A stretch of DNA of 56,483 nt from a virus. Taxonomy: Duplodnaviria; Caudoviricetes. A program made the position numbers and the translations under genes. The DNA lies in IMG/VR virus record IMGVR_UViG_3300047388_000152, positions 1 to 56,483 of that record; one strand, given 5' to 3'. Positions within the stretch are counted from its first letter, which is position 1, and each line of letters opens with the position of its first letter. Under the pieces are notes generated by a model. That model was not told where the DNA came from and did no database searches. It saw nothing but the letters and a program-made list of their open reading frames with translations. This document shows positions 37,201 to 46,169 of the stretch, piece after piece.

Positions 37201-37600
37201 CGCCATACCATCCCGCCGCAGCCTTGCGGATGGCCGTATCTTCATCGGGACTCGTCGCTAGAGCTTTCTTTAGGTACGACCCGAATTCTCCGTTAAACAC
37301 CTTGGTCTGAGCATCTGGACTGCTCTTAAACTCATCCACGGACATAGGACGCCCTACGTACTTAGTCGTCCACGGAGCGACATTGGCGGGTAGTACTTGG
37401 AACCCTCCCGCTGCGTGTGTTCTTGGATTGTCTCTTACGTTGAAATTGTTAGTGGATTCTTGACCAAACACACCCTGTCGCACTCGGTCTAAGATAGGGG
37501 AAATGTCGGGTTCTTTGGGTATGACAGGCTTCATTTTCAGGTAACTATTGTCACCCGTAGCCTTTGCTATATCGTCATATGCCCAAGTAAAGTCGCCCAT
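31214..37600 (-). CDS. Large internal virion/ejection protein with an N-terminal lytic transglycosylase-like domain
   Basis: 2128 aa; QES.....A.G.FQV...W.....AAGWYGG. Confidence 0.75.
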   Translation of the reverse strand: MGDFTWAYDDIAKATGDNSYLKMKPVIPKEPDISPILDRVRQGVFGQESTNNFNVRDNPRTHAAGGFQVLPANVAPWTTKYVGRPMSVDEFKSSPDAQTKVFNGEFGSYLKKALATSPDEDTAIRKAAAGWYGGEGRMEQYDNPTRFKPDEPSFREYTQGVLNRTKKGQTSTPDYSFAQADVDKIVPPDFSFAQKDVDGVLKPPPGQALAPDPNAQAQPTAPVAQDVPQGTMPQEIQDTAPVNFDPSQSPVNVDQKILADRYQQYLKDNQLEDNIQTQNTFRQSLPTTVPNVTPVGQIAAVPTRSSTATMSAPQGTVPKHGEKTDVKVGDENYDENGNLLDKNLQPIPQRPTQEVNARDWDSFKTAVSDTISLPSSVRNKADAEKYLAGQLQAKYPGIHTGDFHLVTDFKPGQNIDVSYGDLARGGVDVNPMLQDKINRERVENPQPNLQVGRNFAQDTADDIKSAIDSPYSGVPDLAKDPTAAAIGGLLGSGGTTAKALAGILQIEQEANPLMHIPGLTEGTRPADGLVKYLQDASQNIGQVADATQSKYTDTATPEDKGYLEGRPIQRNTWGSTIARTAGQLTGDFARMVIYPGGPAVQFASDSALQAAGEGNKVDWSKVALEGAKGYALGKVGEVAPGIGKLAEPYTGKILSKGVELGTVGVGSGLVSKAFGDSNKDSFSNAVLFTLLHASSLGGHDVVDTPIRVQDERGNAAVVEMSKDGDVKTVDPKTNAQVQVEIPETTYKDLPQHIQDLQNQLKEGLNNQVPFTDTEGKPSPSYVDENGIIRDGEQAPETIGGVFEPPVTPESDFQGKTKAEKEAEIKKSSEEVARTPEEVQDTNDALYTQKALSKNGSSTANVTAKPKKSIAKKGELTAPRETVTPAEDTPVGQNAAEEPLYERANGSRYRMRDDRKDRPNGYPDFGGDLAPIETAKKPVAEETPATPQAPEGTDWIPKGQTPVSDGARVGYVDTMPNGTQRVRIRPGEGYNGTTALNDQWKEIGASSDTKPEGKPSESATTTSEKVPRTYGSKNKLVTTDEYNKAKSVVSQKLKESTRTASSGLPVDPELAKALLRVASYHVEAGSRTFADYSKRMVDEMGDVVKPYLRAAYEYVRDNSKFTGMDKTFEDIKPEVLRPTGEVAKSESVKPERISADELKPKIGKGMAPDNVRATIPLKERGLSQTLDAAQLEKGSKTTYEPQNIPKDAQNVGQAYIADKGIDTARTDVLSGKVEPATNWASVGFGVMRHQAAEIESLRSTDPAKADELAKKHDDFINRFTKKATEMGQMNAGIRAVEDFAPDKMEYYLNKLSQKARNKGLDSKESEYIRKTGEEIQRQNDRIAQLDKQLAEAQKNSTKRTGGAKKSETYIDKLEKASEQAKNDVLSRIKNLNLGGLERQKATVGERGAIGVKKELPGDAELIAQYAAGRLHKVPKIEDLNKELTDTFGAAVEPHLQDIRQRAYELRQDARIKALNDRGATDAERRSILQDIQKESKALNDARIGALKASRESTDPQVRKDAMNQLKELDAQRAQKKAESLAAAKTNETAIARNLREARDATKKAAFWDTPVRELAKDARTRLEGANIKDPQTLSDLAAAGAEKWLNDKLGGTPSRRAISSNQWYREMDAEFPDLMKQLSKGQRDSLYKDSYQRIEAAKKAKQNAAQLANASEEMQKVWNDHGIDIDQQMLLIQKAEATSRSMEARSNAAREFNRVSKPLWKRAVRQAVDTPRPLMTSLNVHQGRQGLVAFLTHPLDVSLKQSIPATARGIAANPEEFTRLAHDFNKLPGVDLYKRFGGNLSELPSTSVSNTGHVEEDELRGNWTQSLPHVQRSQQGFILGMNMERLALFNKWRAFGEARGMTPEANPEFYKNIANLANAYTGRAVFGDGVEKVLNNPLIKDTLFAPRLKLSQVKVANELFNPFSYIKDDPVTRNLKAREAMRFTAGMALAYTTMVAVFGGESATDPSDTDFAKVKFGNTRYDLTAGFGGTAVFLWRLGHSIYNYETGVQQDKYHEPLEIAKTFLEKKLSPAVTFPLEHFTGKDVIGQPANYQFRLGEAYNNATRGNWSGLGKNAADDIQQNIILHMMLPMIVKEIAEGAEDSGVMGVFKTAPPAFLGVDEQTYQKKGGH
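35012..35037 (-). repeat. Bipartite motif copy 6
   Basis: Reverse complement GGTCAAGCA-CTGCCA-ACG-TGACAG-CG, encoding GSSTANVTA. Confidence 0.85.
36666..36690 (-). repeat. Bipartite motif copy 7
   Basis: Reverse complement GGTCAAGTA-CTGCCA-CAA-TGTCAG-C, encoding RSSTATMSA. Confidence 0.85.
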
Positions 37601-39265
37601 TTATGGTTGTTGGATGTCCCCGCCTGCCACACCACCTAAAGGTGTGTTTAATTCACCAATCAAGTCATTGGCATCTTCGGTTGATAACTTCCCTTCCTGT
37701 TGACGAGATTTAATTGATGCTATCAATGCCGTCCGTTGCCTTGCCGCTGCATCTGCTTTAGCCGTGTCACCTGTTTGCCTAAATTGCAATTCTTGTTGAC
37801 GGAGAGTTAGCCCAGCATCTCGATATGTTTGCAGAGCGGCCTGTTTCTGTCTGTCTAATTCTTCTGTCGTTGTATTGTGACGATTTGTTTCAGTCAGCCT
37901 ATCCTGCGCCGCAATAGCCCCCGCCGCTTGTCTGGCGCGCACGACGACCGGCCCCTGAGAGGTTTTAAGTGTGAAAGACTCATCTCCGGGGGAATTAAAT
38001 GGTTTTCTTGTGCTGGGGTCAATCCACGGTTCGGTTGCTTTATAATTTCCGTGTGAATCGGGTTTCAGATATACCTTTTGCCAATTACCATGCTCATCTG
38101 TTTTCAAAGTGGCAGTGCCAGCCTTAATGTCTGCGTCTCTATTAGCCTTATCCATATAAGACTGTGCCCGGATGTTAGCCCTCTCCGTTAAACCATCGTT
38201 TTTTTCCTTTTGCACCTCAAGCAACGTTGGGTTCTTCCCTAAAGCCGATTGAGCGAGTGCCGCACGATAAGCAGCATTAGCCTGCGCCGTCAGCGATTGG
38301 TTCTCCGTGGCTAGTTGAGCATTAATCAATGCGTCTTTTGCAGCATACGGTTGTATCTGTTGGTTTACCCGCAACTGATTCCAACTCTGAATAGGATTGT
38401 TCTGACGGTTGAAAAAGTTATTACCTCCCTGTATCAACGCGGCACCAACGTCTTTCCACGGATGCTCGTGGCTATGCGCTTGAAGAACCTGTTGCATATC
38501 GGCACTATTCTCCGCTTTTTGCTTCAAGAGATTCTGATAATTAGGACTCAACTGCATCGAGAACGGACTATTCTCTGTCTGGGCTAATCCATTCTGTTCA
38601 GGGGTATTCATCGGAGCCTGAGTGGTTTGGCCCTGAGAGCCTTGAGTATCTACAGGCTGATTTAAGGTGCCAGTAGGTACCCCTTGAGCACTCTGAGGTA
38701 CCTCAGGGCTGTTTCCATTCTCATCAGCCACAGGAGCTAAGTCCATATAAGTCGGATAGTTAGGAGGTTGAACTGGTTGTTGAGCTATGTGCTGTCCAGC
38801 TTCGTGTCCTAAAGGAATAACTTGACCATTCACAATAGCCTCTGGCCCTTGTTCTCCAACGACATTGATAGCATTTGGGTCTAAATCCCCTCCACGGGCA
38901 TACATCTTTACAGGCTGTTGAAGCATACTCCCCATAGCTAACTGTTGGGCTACAGGGTTCTTGCCGTATTGCTGTACAGGATTAGTAGGTCTCAACACTG
39001 GTTGATTTAACAATGCTTGTCCGGTTTGCCCCAATGCACTGCCAATGGTCATTTGAGTTGGAGATGGCCCCGTAGGAGTGTTATTCGTGTGTATAGCCTC
39101 GTGTGCCGCAGTGACTCCGTCACCTATGTCACCCATAGCCACCTGAGACGGAAGTAGTTCTTTGGTTGGCGGGGCGTTCTTTTGACGCGGTTGAATAGGG
39201 AAGCCTAAGTCACCAGCGGCTGATGACATTAACCCTCCGAGCATTGAACGATAATCTAAGGCCAT
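37601..39265 (-). CDS. Internal virion/ejection protein
   Basis: Q/P/A-rich, with ARGG...VVGEQGPE motif; upstream of the large ejection protein. Confidence 0.65.
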   Translation of the reverse strand: MALDYRSMLGGLMSSAAGDLGFPIQPRQKNAPPTKELLPSQVAMGDIGDGVTAAHEAIHTNNTPTGPSPTQMTIGSALGQTGQALLNQPVLRPTNPVQQYGKNPVAQQLAMGSMLQQPVKMYARGGDLDPNAINVVGEQGPEAIVNGQVIPLGHEAGQHIAQQPVQPPNYPTYMDLAPVADENGNSPEVPQSAQGVPTGTLNQPVDTQGSQGQTTQAPMNTPEQNGLAQTENSPFSMQLSPNYQNLLKQKAENSADMQQVLQAHSHEHPWKDVGAALIQGGNNFFNRQNNPIQSWNQLRVNQQIQPYAAKDALINAQLATENQSLTAQANAAYRAALAQSALGKNPTLLEVQKEKNDGLTERANIRAQSYMDKANRDADIKAGTATLKTDEHGNWQKVYLKPDSHGNYKATEPWIDPSTRKPFNSPGDESFTLKTSQGPVVVRARQAAGAIAAQDRLTETNRHNTTTEELDRQKQAALQTYRDAGLTLRQQELQFRQTGDTAKADAAARQRTALIASIKSRQQEGKLSTEDANDLIGELNTPLGGVAGGDIQQP

Positions 39266-39273
39266 AATGATTC

Positions 39274-42200
39274 CTACGGCAACGCCCTCACAGCAATGGT
39301 CACGTCTGCTGTCGCTGCTGTACCTTGCGGCGTCTGAACACGAAAATAAAGTGTTCCGGCGTTAATGCTTAGTATAGCTCCCGCGATGGACTGCGCATTG
39401 CCCGATGTATTTTCGGACGCGGTGCTAACAGTAACTGCCGTTCCGGGGGTGAATATAGCGACCCCACCCCCGCCTGTTGCCGTAAACAATCCGACCGTTG
39501 AGGTTGTAAGCGTACCGCTGGCGTGGGAGATGGCGACATTATTTACTATGTAACGAGTGAAGCCTGACGGCAGCGTAATCGTAATTGCAGTGTCAGTATT
39601 GGCAGAATTGAAATTAATGCCCGTCGCGGTGTAGGCAAAGGCGGACGGCGCCGCTGTCGCGTTCGAGAAATTCGTTGCCATTTTTGCACCGAACTGTGTC
39701 TGAATGGCACTCGTTACCCCGTCTAAATACTGAAACTCCGTGTTGCTTACAGTACCGTTGGCAATGTTTGTAGCAGGGATTCCTGTGGGTAAATCCCCTG
39801 TCCCAATCGCCGCTAGGTCTTTTACGACAAACCAAAAACTACTGCTGTTGTACTCAATATGAGCGGACTCATTAGCGGCTAACGTTATATCTGCCCCAGT
39901 GTTACAGAAGAACCTGTTCGCTGAAGTCGATGACCCACTCTGGTGCTTCAGGACTATAGGATTCGTGCCTACGTTGACTATCCAATGCTTCTCACCGTTC
40001 TGTTGGGTCAGGGTGAACACCAACCCCGTCAGATTCCTTGATGCGTCTGAGGCCAAGTCTAATCTATACGCTTGAACGCCGGGGTTGTAGTTATTCTGGT
40101 TTGAACTGATGGCTGTTGGGGCTATCCAGTTCGATATAGTCCTCTGCTGGTCGGACAGCCAGTAAGACGTGCCTGAACCGGACAATGTATACCCCTGCTG
40201 GAACTGATTGTAGTTATAGGTATTGGAAGCGGTTCCCGACTCGCCCAATGATGCTAAAGCGGCAAATCCTGCCATCGCTACAGCACTATTATTGTTAATG
40301 CGACTGGTTGTTGTGTTGTTCAGCAACAACGAATTAGTACCACCCCCACCGCAATTCGTAAGGGTGTTGTTACGGATGTCTAGGTCACTACAACCATCCA
40401 CCGAAATGCCCTGTTGTCCTGCTCCAATGACAAGATTATCTTCGACAATACACGACCTGCCGGAACTGACTACGATGCCAAATACCAGATTTCCCGTCTC
40501 TGGTAGGTCGGTCTCCTGTCCGATGATGATATTCCCTGCAATGCGGCAGAACTCAGGGTGGGTATCGCTCCCCCCTATCTGCAAATCAATACCTGCACAA
40601 CTTTGTACCGCGCCTCGCGCGTCAATAATATTGTTGATTATCTGGATATTAGAGACGTATTCACCCGAGGAGTTCGGCTCAACATCGATAGCTACTGCAA
40701 ACGGATTACCAACATCCGTTTGCATATTAGTGAACAGGTTGGACTCGATGAATATATCCTTACCGGAGATAGCTCCACAGTTCTGTGTCTTGAGGTCACT
40801 GAAAATATTGTGGTCGATGTAGCAATTGATGGCGTGATGCCCCGCACTGGCAAAAGCACCTACATAAGCACCAAATCCGTGTACTCCATTGAACTCACAC
40901 CGCCTTATTATTCCATTGGTAACATTACCTAGAAAGATACAAGATGCCGCTGAATCTATGGCCTGTGTGTTCTGACCTAAAAAGGTGATGTTTGTGATGC
41001 TGATATTCTCATTGAACCCGTTCAAACTTGGGTTGATACTGGGAACAACGCTTGTGCCATACCAACCTCGCACCTGACCAGACACGCTCGATTCTTTGAT
41101 GATGGTCTGGCCTATTCCATCTCCATACACGGATACGTCCGATTCAAGAATGACGGAAGGCTGTCCTGAGAGTGCTCCGGTATCAATCGCGTTCTCGTAA
41201 GTGCCTCGATTGAAATGCACGGTCTGTCCAGATTTAATGCGTATCTGTGCTGTAGGTGTTCCTAGGGAATATGCTTCTATCTGAACTTGCTTGGAAGTAA
41301 AAGCACCACACGCTCTGGATAGTCTCAAACCCCAATCAGTAGAGTCCCACAGCCACGATGATATTTGACTCGGATATGTGCTCCCTGTCCAAGTGATATT
41401 TCCCGCTGAAAAACCAGAGAAACACGGAGTCTGAGAAGTAGGATTCGTTAATCCGATTCCCTGAAAGGCAATGGCACCCGAACTGGCCTTAATGATTTTG
41501 GCATTACCCTGAAACAACAGCGTCAGCGTAGAGGGAATAGTGACAGACGTACTTAATGTCGTGTCCACCGTGATGTACAACGTGGTTTGTGTGCTGCCTA
41601 TCGCAGTAATCGCCGTGGGCAAATCGTTGGCATAATCCAGTGACAATACCTTGAATACCGATAACTTAGTCACCAAAGGACTATTTACCCCTACGGCTAT
41701 AGGAACTTGGGGAAGGTCTGGAGCAGTATCTAACTGCGTCTTGCCTGCCACAATCGTAGAGGCGTAGGGTGTGGTTCCTGTGCCGATTTGGGCATTGATG
41801 TACTGGATTGTCTGACTGGTATTCCAGAATGGCCCCGGATAGGTCGGATTTGGGATGACCGCAAACCCGCCGTTAGACAATATCAGTTGCTCCCAAGTAG
41901 CCACGTCTACCGAGGTCACCACGGGAAGTGGCGCAATACCGACCCCAAGAGTCCACGTAACCACCAAATCAGGTGTGGCCACAGCGTCCGAACTTGTGTA
42001 CAAGGTCGTGCCAGCATTGTTAGTAACAATCCAAGCCGAGCCTGTCCACTTGATAGCATTATTCGACGTGGAAGTAGCGGTATCTATCAGGTTGTAGTAT
42101 TCCTTTCCGCTCGTAGTACCACGTGCTGTATACGTGCCCGTCGAACTCCCACTTACGAGATATATCCCGCTTGTAACAGGACTCTGGAAAAACTCCGGTG

Positions 42201-42516
42201 ATACAAAGAAGTTGGAAAGCAATGGATAACGCATTACGTCAGATGCGTCATACAACAAGGCGGTAAAGAAACAGGCCGGATTGGTCGAGTCTAAAGTCGT
42301 GGGCAACACGACCTCTGGGATTCTGAAATCCGTGCCCGCCACCGTGCAGTCAAATACGTAACACGCGCTACTGAGATTCGTCGTTTGACCTTGTGCAATG
42401 TAAAGCCCAGTGTCCGATTCAAAGGTCGGAGCACTTGCATAGATACGCAGCTTGCCCACGGAACCACCCCAGTTCCACGTTGGTACAATAAAATCTTGTA
42501 AAGTTACAAATCCCAT
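39274..42516 (-). CDS. Tailspike / parallel beta-helix depolymerase-like protein
   Basis: VHF..GTY, YGDG.GQTII, repeated I.NN.I strands. Confidence 0.8.
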   Translation of the reverse strand: MGFVTLQDFIVPTWNWGGSVGKLRIYASAPTFESDTGLYIAQGQTTNLSSACYVFDCTVAGTDFRIPEVVLPTTLDSTNPACFFTALLYDASDVMRYPLLSNFFVSPEFFQSPVTSGIYLVSGSSTGTYTARGTTSGKEYYNLIDTATSTSNNAIKWTGSAWIVTNNAGTTLYTSSDAVATPDLVVTWTLGVGIAPLPVVTSVDVATWEQLILSNGGFAVIPNPTYPGPFWNTSQTIQYINAQIGTGTTPYASTIVAGKTQLDTAPDLPQVPIAVGVNSPLVTKLSVFKVLSLDYANDLPTAITAIGSTQTTLYITVDTTLSTSVTIPSTLTLLFQGNAKIIKASSGAIAFQGIGLTNPTSQTPCFSGFSAGNITWTGSTYPSQISSWLWDSTDWGLRLSRACGAFTSKQVQIEAYSLGTPTAQIRIKSGQTVHFNRGTYENAIDTGALSGQPSVILESDVSVYGDGIGQTIIKESSVSGQVRGWYGTSVVPSINPSLNGFNENISITNITFLGQNTQAIDSAASCIFLGNVTNGIIRRCEFNGVHGFGAYVGAFASAGHHAINCYIDHNIFSDLKTQNCGAISGKDIFIESNLFTNMQTDVGNPFAVAIDVEPNSSGEYVSNIQIINNIIDARGAVQSCAGIDLQIGGSDTHPEFCRIAGNIIIGQETDLPETGNLVFGIVVSSGRSCIVEDNLVIGAGQQGISVDGCSDLDIRNNTLTNCGGGGTNSLLLNNTTTSRINNNSAVAMAGFAALASLGESGTASNTYNYNQFQQGYTLSGSGTSYWLSDQQRTISNWIAPTAISSNQNNYNPGVQAYRLDLASDASRNLTGLVFTLTQQNGEKHWIVNVGTNPIVLKHQSGSSTSANRFFCNTGADITLAANESAHIEYNSSSFWFVVKDLAAIGTGDLPTGIPATNIANGTVSNTEFQYLDGVTSAIQTQFGAKMATNFSNATAAPSAFAYTATGINFNSANTDTAITITLPSGFTRYIVNNVAISHASGTLTTSTVGLFTATGGGGVAIFTPGTAVTVSTASENTSGNAQSIAGAILSINAGTLYFRVQTPQGTAATADVTIAVRALP
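39657..39681 (-). repeat. 25-bp direct repeat copy A (MATNFSNA)
   Basis: 23/25 identical to 44067-44091. Confidence 0.85.
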
Positions 42517-42546
42517 TGACTTACACTGTTCACTCTTGGTATCATT

Positions 42547-43239
42547 GTGTGGATGAGAAAGTACCCGTTGCTAACTGAATGCATACCCAAGCCTCCTCGC
42601 GTTCGGCAGATGGGAGGCTTGGTAATCAACTTGCTGACCGTCAAATGTTACGTTGGTTTCAGAAATAAATCTAGCCAATGGCTGTGTGAGTGTCTTTGCG
42701 GCACTCTCGTTAATCGCTCCACGGAGATATTGTCTAATGGTAAAGCCTTTAGCTGTGGTTGCCGTAAAAATACCCGACACCACACATTGCACCCTCTTTA
42801 CAATATTTGGAACAAGATGATTAGCCGTTGTGAAGTGGAGCACTCCACGGGATTTCATAAATATGGGGCTAGAGGTATTCGGGTATGCCACGGTTGGCAT
42901 GAGTTTGACTGTTTTACCGTTGATATGGGTGAACGGCCAGAAGGACGATATTCGATTGACCGTATTGATAACGATGGCAATTACTCGTGCGGACATTGTG
43001 ATGAATGCGTAGAAAAAGGCTGGCCCGCTAACTGTAAATGGTCGGATGATGTTCAACAGGCGAATAATAGACGGAATAGCAAGCGGATAACTATGGGTGA
43101 CGAAACTCATACCGTGCAACAATGGGCTACTCGTTTGGGTAAAGACTCTAACCGTATTTACCAACGATTGAGACTGGGATGGAAGCCCGAAGATGCCTTG
43201 ATGTTGCCGATAGATATTACGCATAAGTACAACAAATAA
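42547..43239 (+). CDS. HNH-like homing endonuclease
   Basis: W..M..RC...YGARGIRVC..W...SIDRIDNDGNY; promoter-like TTGACT..TATCAT upstream. Confidence 0.88.
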   Translation: MWMRKYPLLTECIPKPPRVRQMGGLVINLLTVKCYVGFRNKSSQWLCECLCGTLVNRSTEILSNGKAFSCGCRKNTRHHTLHPLYNIWNKMISRCEVEHSTGFHKYGARGIRVCHGWHEFDCFTVDMGERPEGRYSIDRIDNDGNYSCGHCDECVEKGWPANCKWSDDVQQANNRRNSKRITMGDETHTVQQWATRLGKDSNRIYQRLRLGWKPEDALMLPIDITHKYNK

Positions 43240-43245
43240 TCCCCT

Positions 43246-43551
43246 CTATATCCCTTTCTCTCTCAGTATCAGCCCTAAAACCACTAATCCTAATCCCACG
43301 ATAGCCAGCCCTTCCACGAACATAAATATCAACGCATTACGTATCTTTCCTTCCTGCTCGGTCTTATAGTTATCAAACACTTCTCTGGGAATGAACCTAA
43401 GCCTGACATCATTGAGTTCGGTGTTTTTCTTGTCTGCCTCATCTGCTGCTAAATCTATAGCTCGTTGCAAGTCTTGGAAGCGTTGTTCTAAATACCGCCT
43501 ATCGGCACGGCGTAAGGTACGTAAATGACGTTGAAGGGAAATTCTCGACAC
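43246..43551 (-). CDS. Coiled-coil protein with C-terminal TM
   Basis: Hydrophobic C-terminus. Confidence 0.65.
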   Translation of the reverse strand: MSRISLQRHLRTLRRADRRYLEQRFQDLQRAIDLAADEADKKNTELNDVRLRFIPREVFDNYKTEQEGKIRNALIFMFVEGLAIVGLGLVVLGLILREKGI

Positions 43552-43584
43552 TTCATCTCAATATCGGCCTGTGTCTCTTGAATA

Positions 43585-45345
43585 TCATGGAGTATCAAAT
43601 TCCACCGCATAGCCCCCAATCTGAGCACTCGCACTTGCAGACGCATTTACAAATTTGATACTCAACAAATCACCCGCGACAACCGTGAATGAATGCGTAA
43701 GATCGGTAAAAACATTCGACGCCGCGCCTGCGGCAATAGTAATGGTGACTGCGGTGTCTACTCCGTTTTTTCGTAGCGTGATCGTCAATGCACCGTCGCC
43801 GGGTTGTGCGTTGCCCGTGACGACATAAAAGTTTTTTATAGTTCCCGCTAGTGGAATGACCGATTGGCGGGAACCCTCAGTGGCGCTAGAGGCGTTAAAG
43901 CCCGGTAACGCCATATACGCTGTACTGGATAGGGCAATCGTGTTAACAACACCGTTCCCCATTAATACGGTCTTAGTGCTTACCCAAGAACCTGTACCAC
44001 TCCCGTTGGTGGATAGAACCTGACCACTGGAACCTCCGGCGGGGACATTGGCAAGCGGCAATGCATTCGCGTTCGAGAAGTCCGTTGCCATCAACGTCTT
44101 TGACGTACCCGGAAACGTCATCACCGTCGAGTCCGTACCCGCAAGAGTTAGTGAATTACTAACCGTCAAGGTCTTACCGTCTGTCCCCGCAAACGTTGTT
44201 GAAGCGTTGTGAGTGGCCGTTTTACCGTCTGCGATAACTAATGTTGCCGAGGTAGCTGGCGCCGTAATTGCGACTTTATTGACAGATGTTGCTGTAGCTA
44301 CACCTATATTGGGCGTAGTTAATACAGGAGACGTGAGTGTTTTATTGGTTAGCGTTTGAACGGTAGTCTTATCTGCCGTAATAGATGTGTCAATAGAGAA
44401 CGTTGTTCCCGATAAACCTAATCCATTCCCCGCACTATAAGTGCTGCCTACTTGCGAAAACGTAAGATTCGTTGTGCCTACCACGAAGGGGTCAGCCGCT
44501 GCCGCCGAGATAAATACCTTGCCGTTGTTAGCCGACCCAGCAATCACTCCGTTCGGGGCAATGACACTCGTAAGATAGCCCGAACCAATTTCTGCCGCTT
44601 GGTCAGATTCAACGGCACGAGTCAGGATATAGGGAGATACGGCAACAACACCTTGTTGTGTAATCGTGTACCACCCATTGTTGGCGGCAGTCGCTTCACC
44701 GCCGACCAAAACACGAGAACCAACTTGGCCGATAAGGATTGTAACGCTATCAATAATTAACGGGCCGTTCGCGGTTCCGGTTAGTGTTGCACCAACGCCA
44801 GACGCTCCATTGGCGTAAGTGTTCGACGGTAAAGCAGATGTGGACGCATAAGCGACTTGCGGTTTTGAATCAAAACTTGAAAGAGCGCTATCCACATAGG
44901 CCGTGGTCGCTAATTTTGTGGAGTTATCGTTCGCGGCTTGAGTTGTTGCCGTTGAAGAACCTAAAGCCGCCGGAACCGTCACACTGCCTGCCGTCAGTCC
45001 CGCCGCTGTTCCTGTGAGATTAGTCGCAACTCCTGACGCTGGAGTTCCTAATGCTGGAGTGGTTAATGTAGGGGCGGTGAGAGTAAGAGTGCCCGACGAG
45101 GCCGCTAAAGTACCAGTATCCGAAACCGTCAGAGTGGAGGATTGAAGAGTTGCCCCACCTGTACCATTTGCCCGTAAAAGTGCTTTATCCGTCGCTCCTG
45201 TGGAACCACCGATAGTTCCCGCAGGAGCGGCACCTCCGTCCTTAATCAGCTTTCCGGTCGTGCCGTCAAATACAGCTAGGTGTCCATCAGTGGCACTTGC
45301 AGGCCCGTCTACATTTCCAGTGGTAGGGTATCTTTGAAAGCTCAT
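43585..45345 (-). CDS. Tail fibre protein
   Basis: GPASATDG.LAVFDGTTGKLIK, TKLATTAYV, QTLTNKTLTSP repeats. Confidence 0.85.
   Translation of the reverse strand: MSFQRYPTTGNVDGPASATDGHLAVFDGTTGKLIKDGGAAPAGTIGGSTGATDKALLRANGTGGATLQSSTLTVSDTGTLAASSGTLTLTAPTLTTPALGTPASGVATNLTGTAAGLTAGSVTVPAALGSSTATTQAANDNSTKLATTAYVDSALSSFDSKPQVAYASTSALPSNTYANGASGVGATLTGTANGPLIIDSVTILIGQVGSRVLVGGEATAANNGWYTITQQGVVAVSPYILTRAVESDQAAEIGSGYLTSVIAPNGVIAGSANNGKVFISAAAADPFVVGTTNLTFSQVGSTYSAGNGLGLSGTTFSIDTSITADKTTVQTLTNKTLTSPVLTTPNIGVATATSVNKVAITAPATSATLVIADGKTATHNASTTFAGTDGKTLTVSNSLTLAGTDSTVMTFPGTSKTLMATDFSNANALPLANVPAGGSSGQVLSTNGSGTGSWVSTKTVLMGNGVVNTIALSSTAYMALPGFNASSATEGSRQSVIPLAGTIKNFYVVTGNAQPGDGALTITLRKNGVDTAVTITIAAGAASNVFTDLTHSFTVVAGDLLSIKFVNASASASAQIGGYAVEFDTP
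44067..44091 (-). repeat. 25-bp direct repeat copy B (MATDFSNA)
   Basis: 23/25 identical to 39657-39681. Confidence 0.85.
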
Positions 45346-45446
45346 AATATCCGTCCTCTCGGAGTTTGGTGTATAATGAAAACGGACTCCAGAGCGGAGA
45401 ATAACCGCTGTGAAGCCCTAATCAGAGATTCTAAAACGGAGAACCT

Positions 45447-46169
45447 GTGACCTACGATAAAGATAGCATTGTCTTTCAGCCAATTCCTACTGACCCACGA
45501 TTCATAAAACTGACCGACAGCCAATACAATCGCTTGACTGTATTGGGATATGCAGGGCGTTCGCCTAGTAAAGCCCATCTGTGGTGGTGTGAATGCGAGT
45601 GTGGAACTATTGTGTGTGCTCACGGCACTCACTTGAAAAGTGGACACACGCGAAGTTGTGGATGTCAGAAGATTGAAGAGTTCAAGGCACGTTTCACCTC
45701 TCACGGCCACGCTAAGAAAGGGGCTGTATCTCCTGAATACCAAGCCTATCAACACGCCAAGTGTCGATGTAACGACCCCGATGACTCGTCCTATTACAAC
45801 TACGGGGGGCGTGGAATAGAATTTCGGTTTGAGTCTTTCGAGGACTTCTTTGCTGAAGTTGGACTGCGTCCTGAAGGTAAAACGATGATTGACCGTGTTG
45901 ATGTCAACGGGCATTACGAGGTCGGCAACCTGCGATGGGTCGATGATATTGAGTCGGCTGGTAATACTCGTAGAAATCGGCGTCTGACTCATAATGGTCG
46001 TACTCAAAATGTCGAAGATTGGAGTCGAGAGCTTAGCATTAAATCTACCACCCTACGTAAACGTATAAAAGATGGGTGGAGTGTTGAGGATGCTTTTTCA
46101 ATACCCACACTCACTCCATCCCAATCACGCTCTGGACACCTTACGATGAAAAGCGATTCCACTGAATGA
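45447..46169 (+). CDS. HNH-like homing endonuclease
   Basis: WWCECECG..SCGC, YGGRGI, IDRVDVNGHYE.GNLRW; TATAAT near 45372. Confidence 0.88.
   Translation: MTYDKDSIVFQPIPTDPRFIKLTDSQYNRLTVLGYAGRSPSKAHLWWCECECGTIVCAHGTHLKSGHTRSCGCQKIEEFKARFTSHGHAKKGAVSPEYQAYQHAKCRCNDPDDSSYYNYGGRGIEFRFESFEDFFAEVGLRPEGKTMIDRVDVNGHYEVGNLRWVDDIESAGNTRRNRRLTHNGRTQNVEDWSRELSIKSTTLRKRIKDGWSVEDAFSIPTLTPSQSRSGHLTMKSDSTE

Noticed and set aside
42517-45446. Orphan tails downstream of the HNH genes at 42547 and 45447
   Set aside because: No convincing similarity to the C-termini of the upstream genes in any frame.
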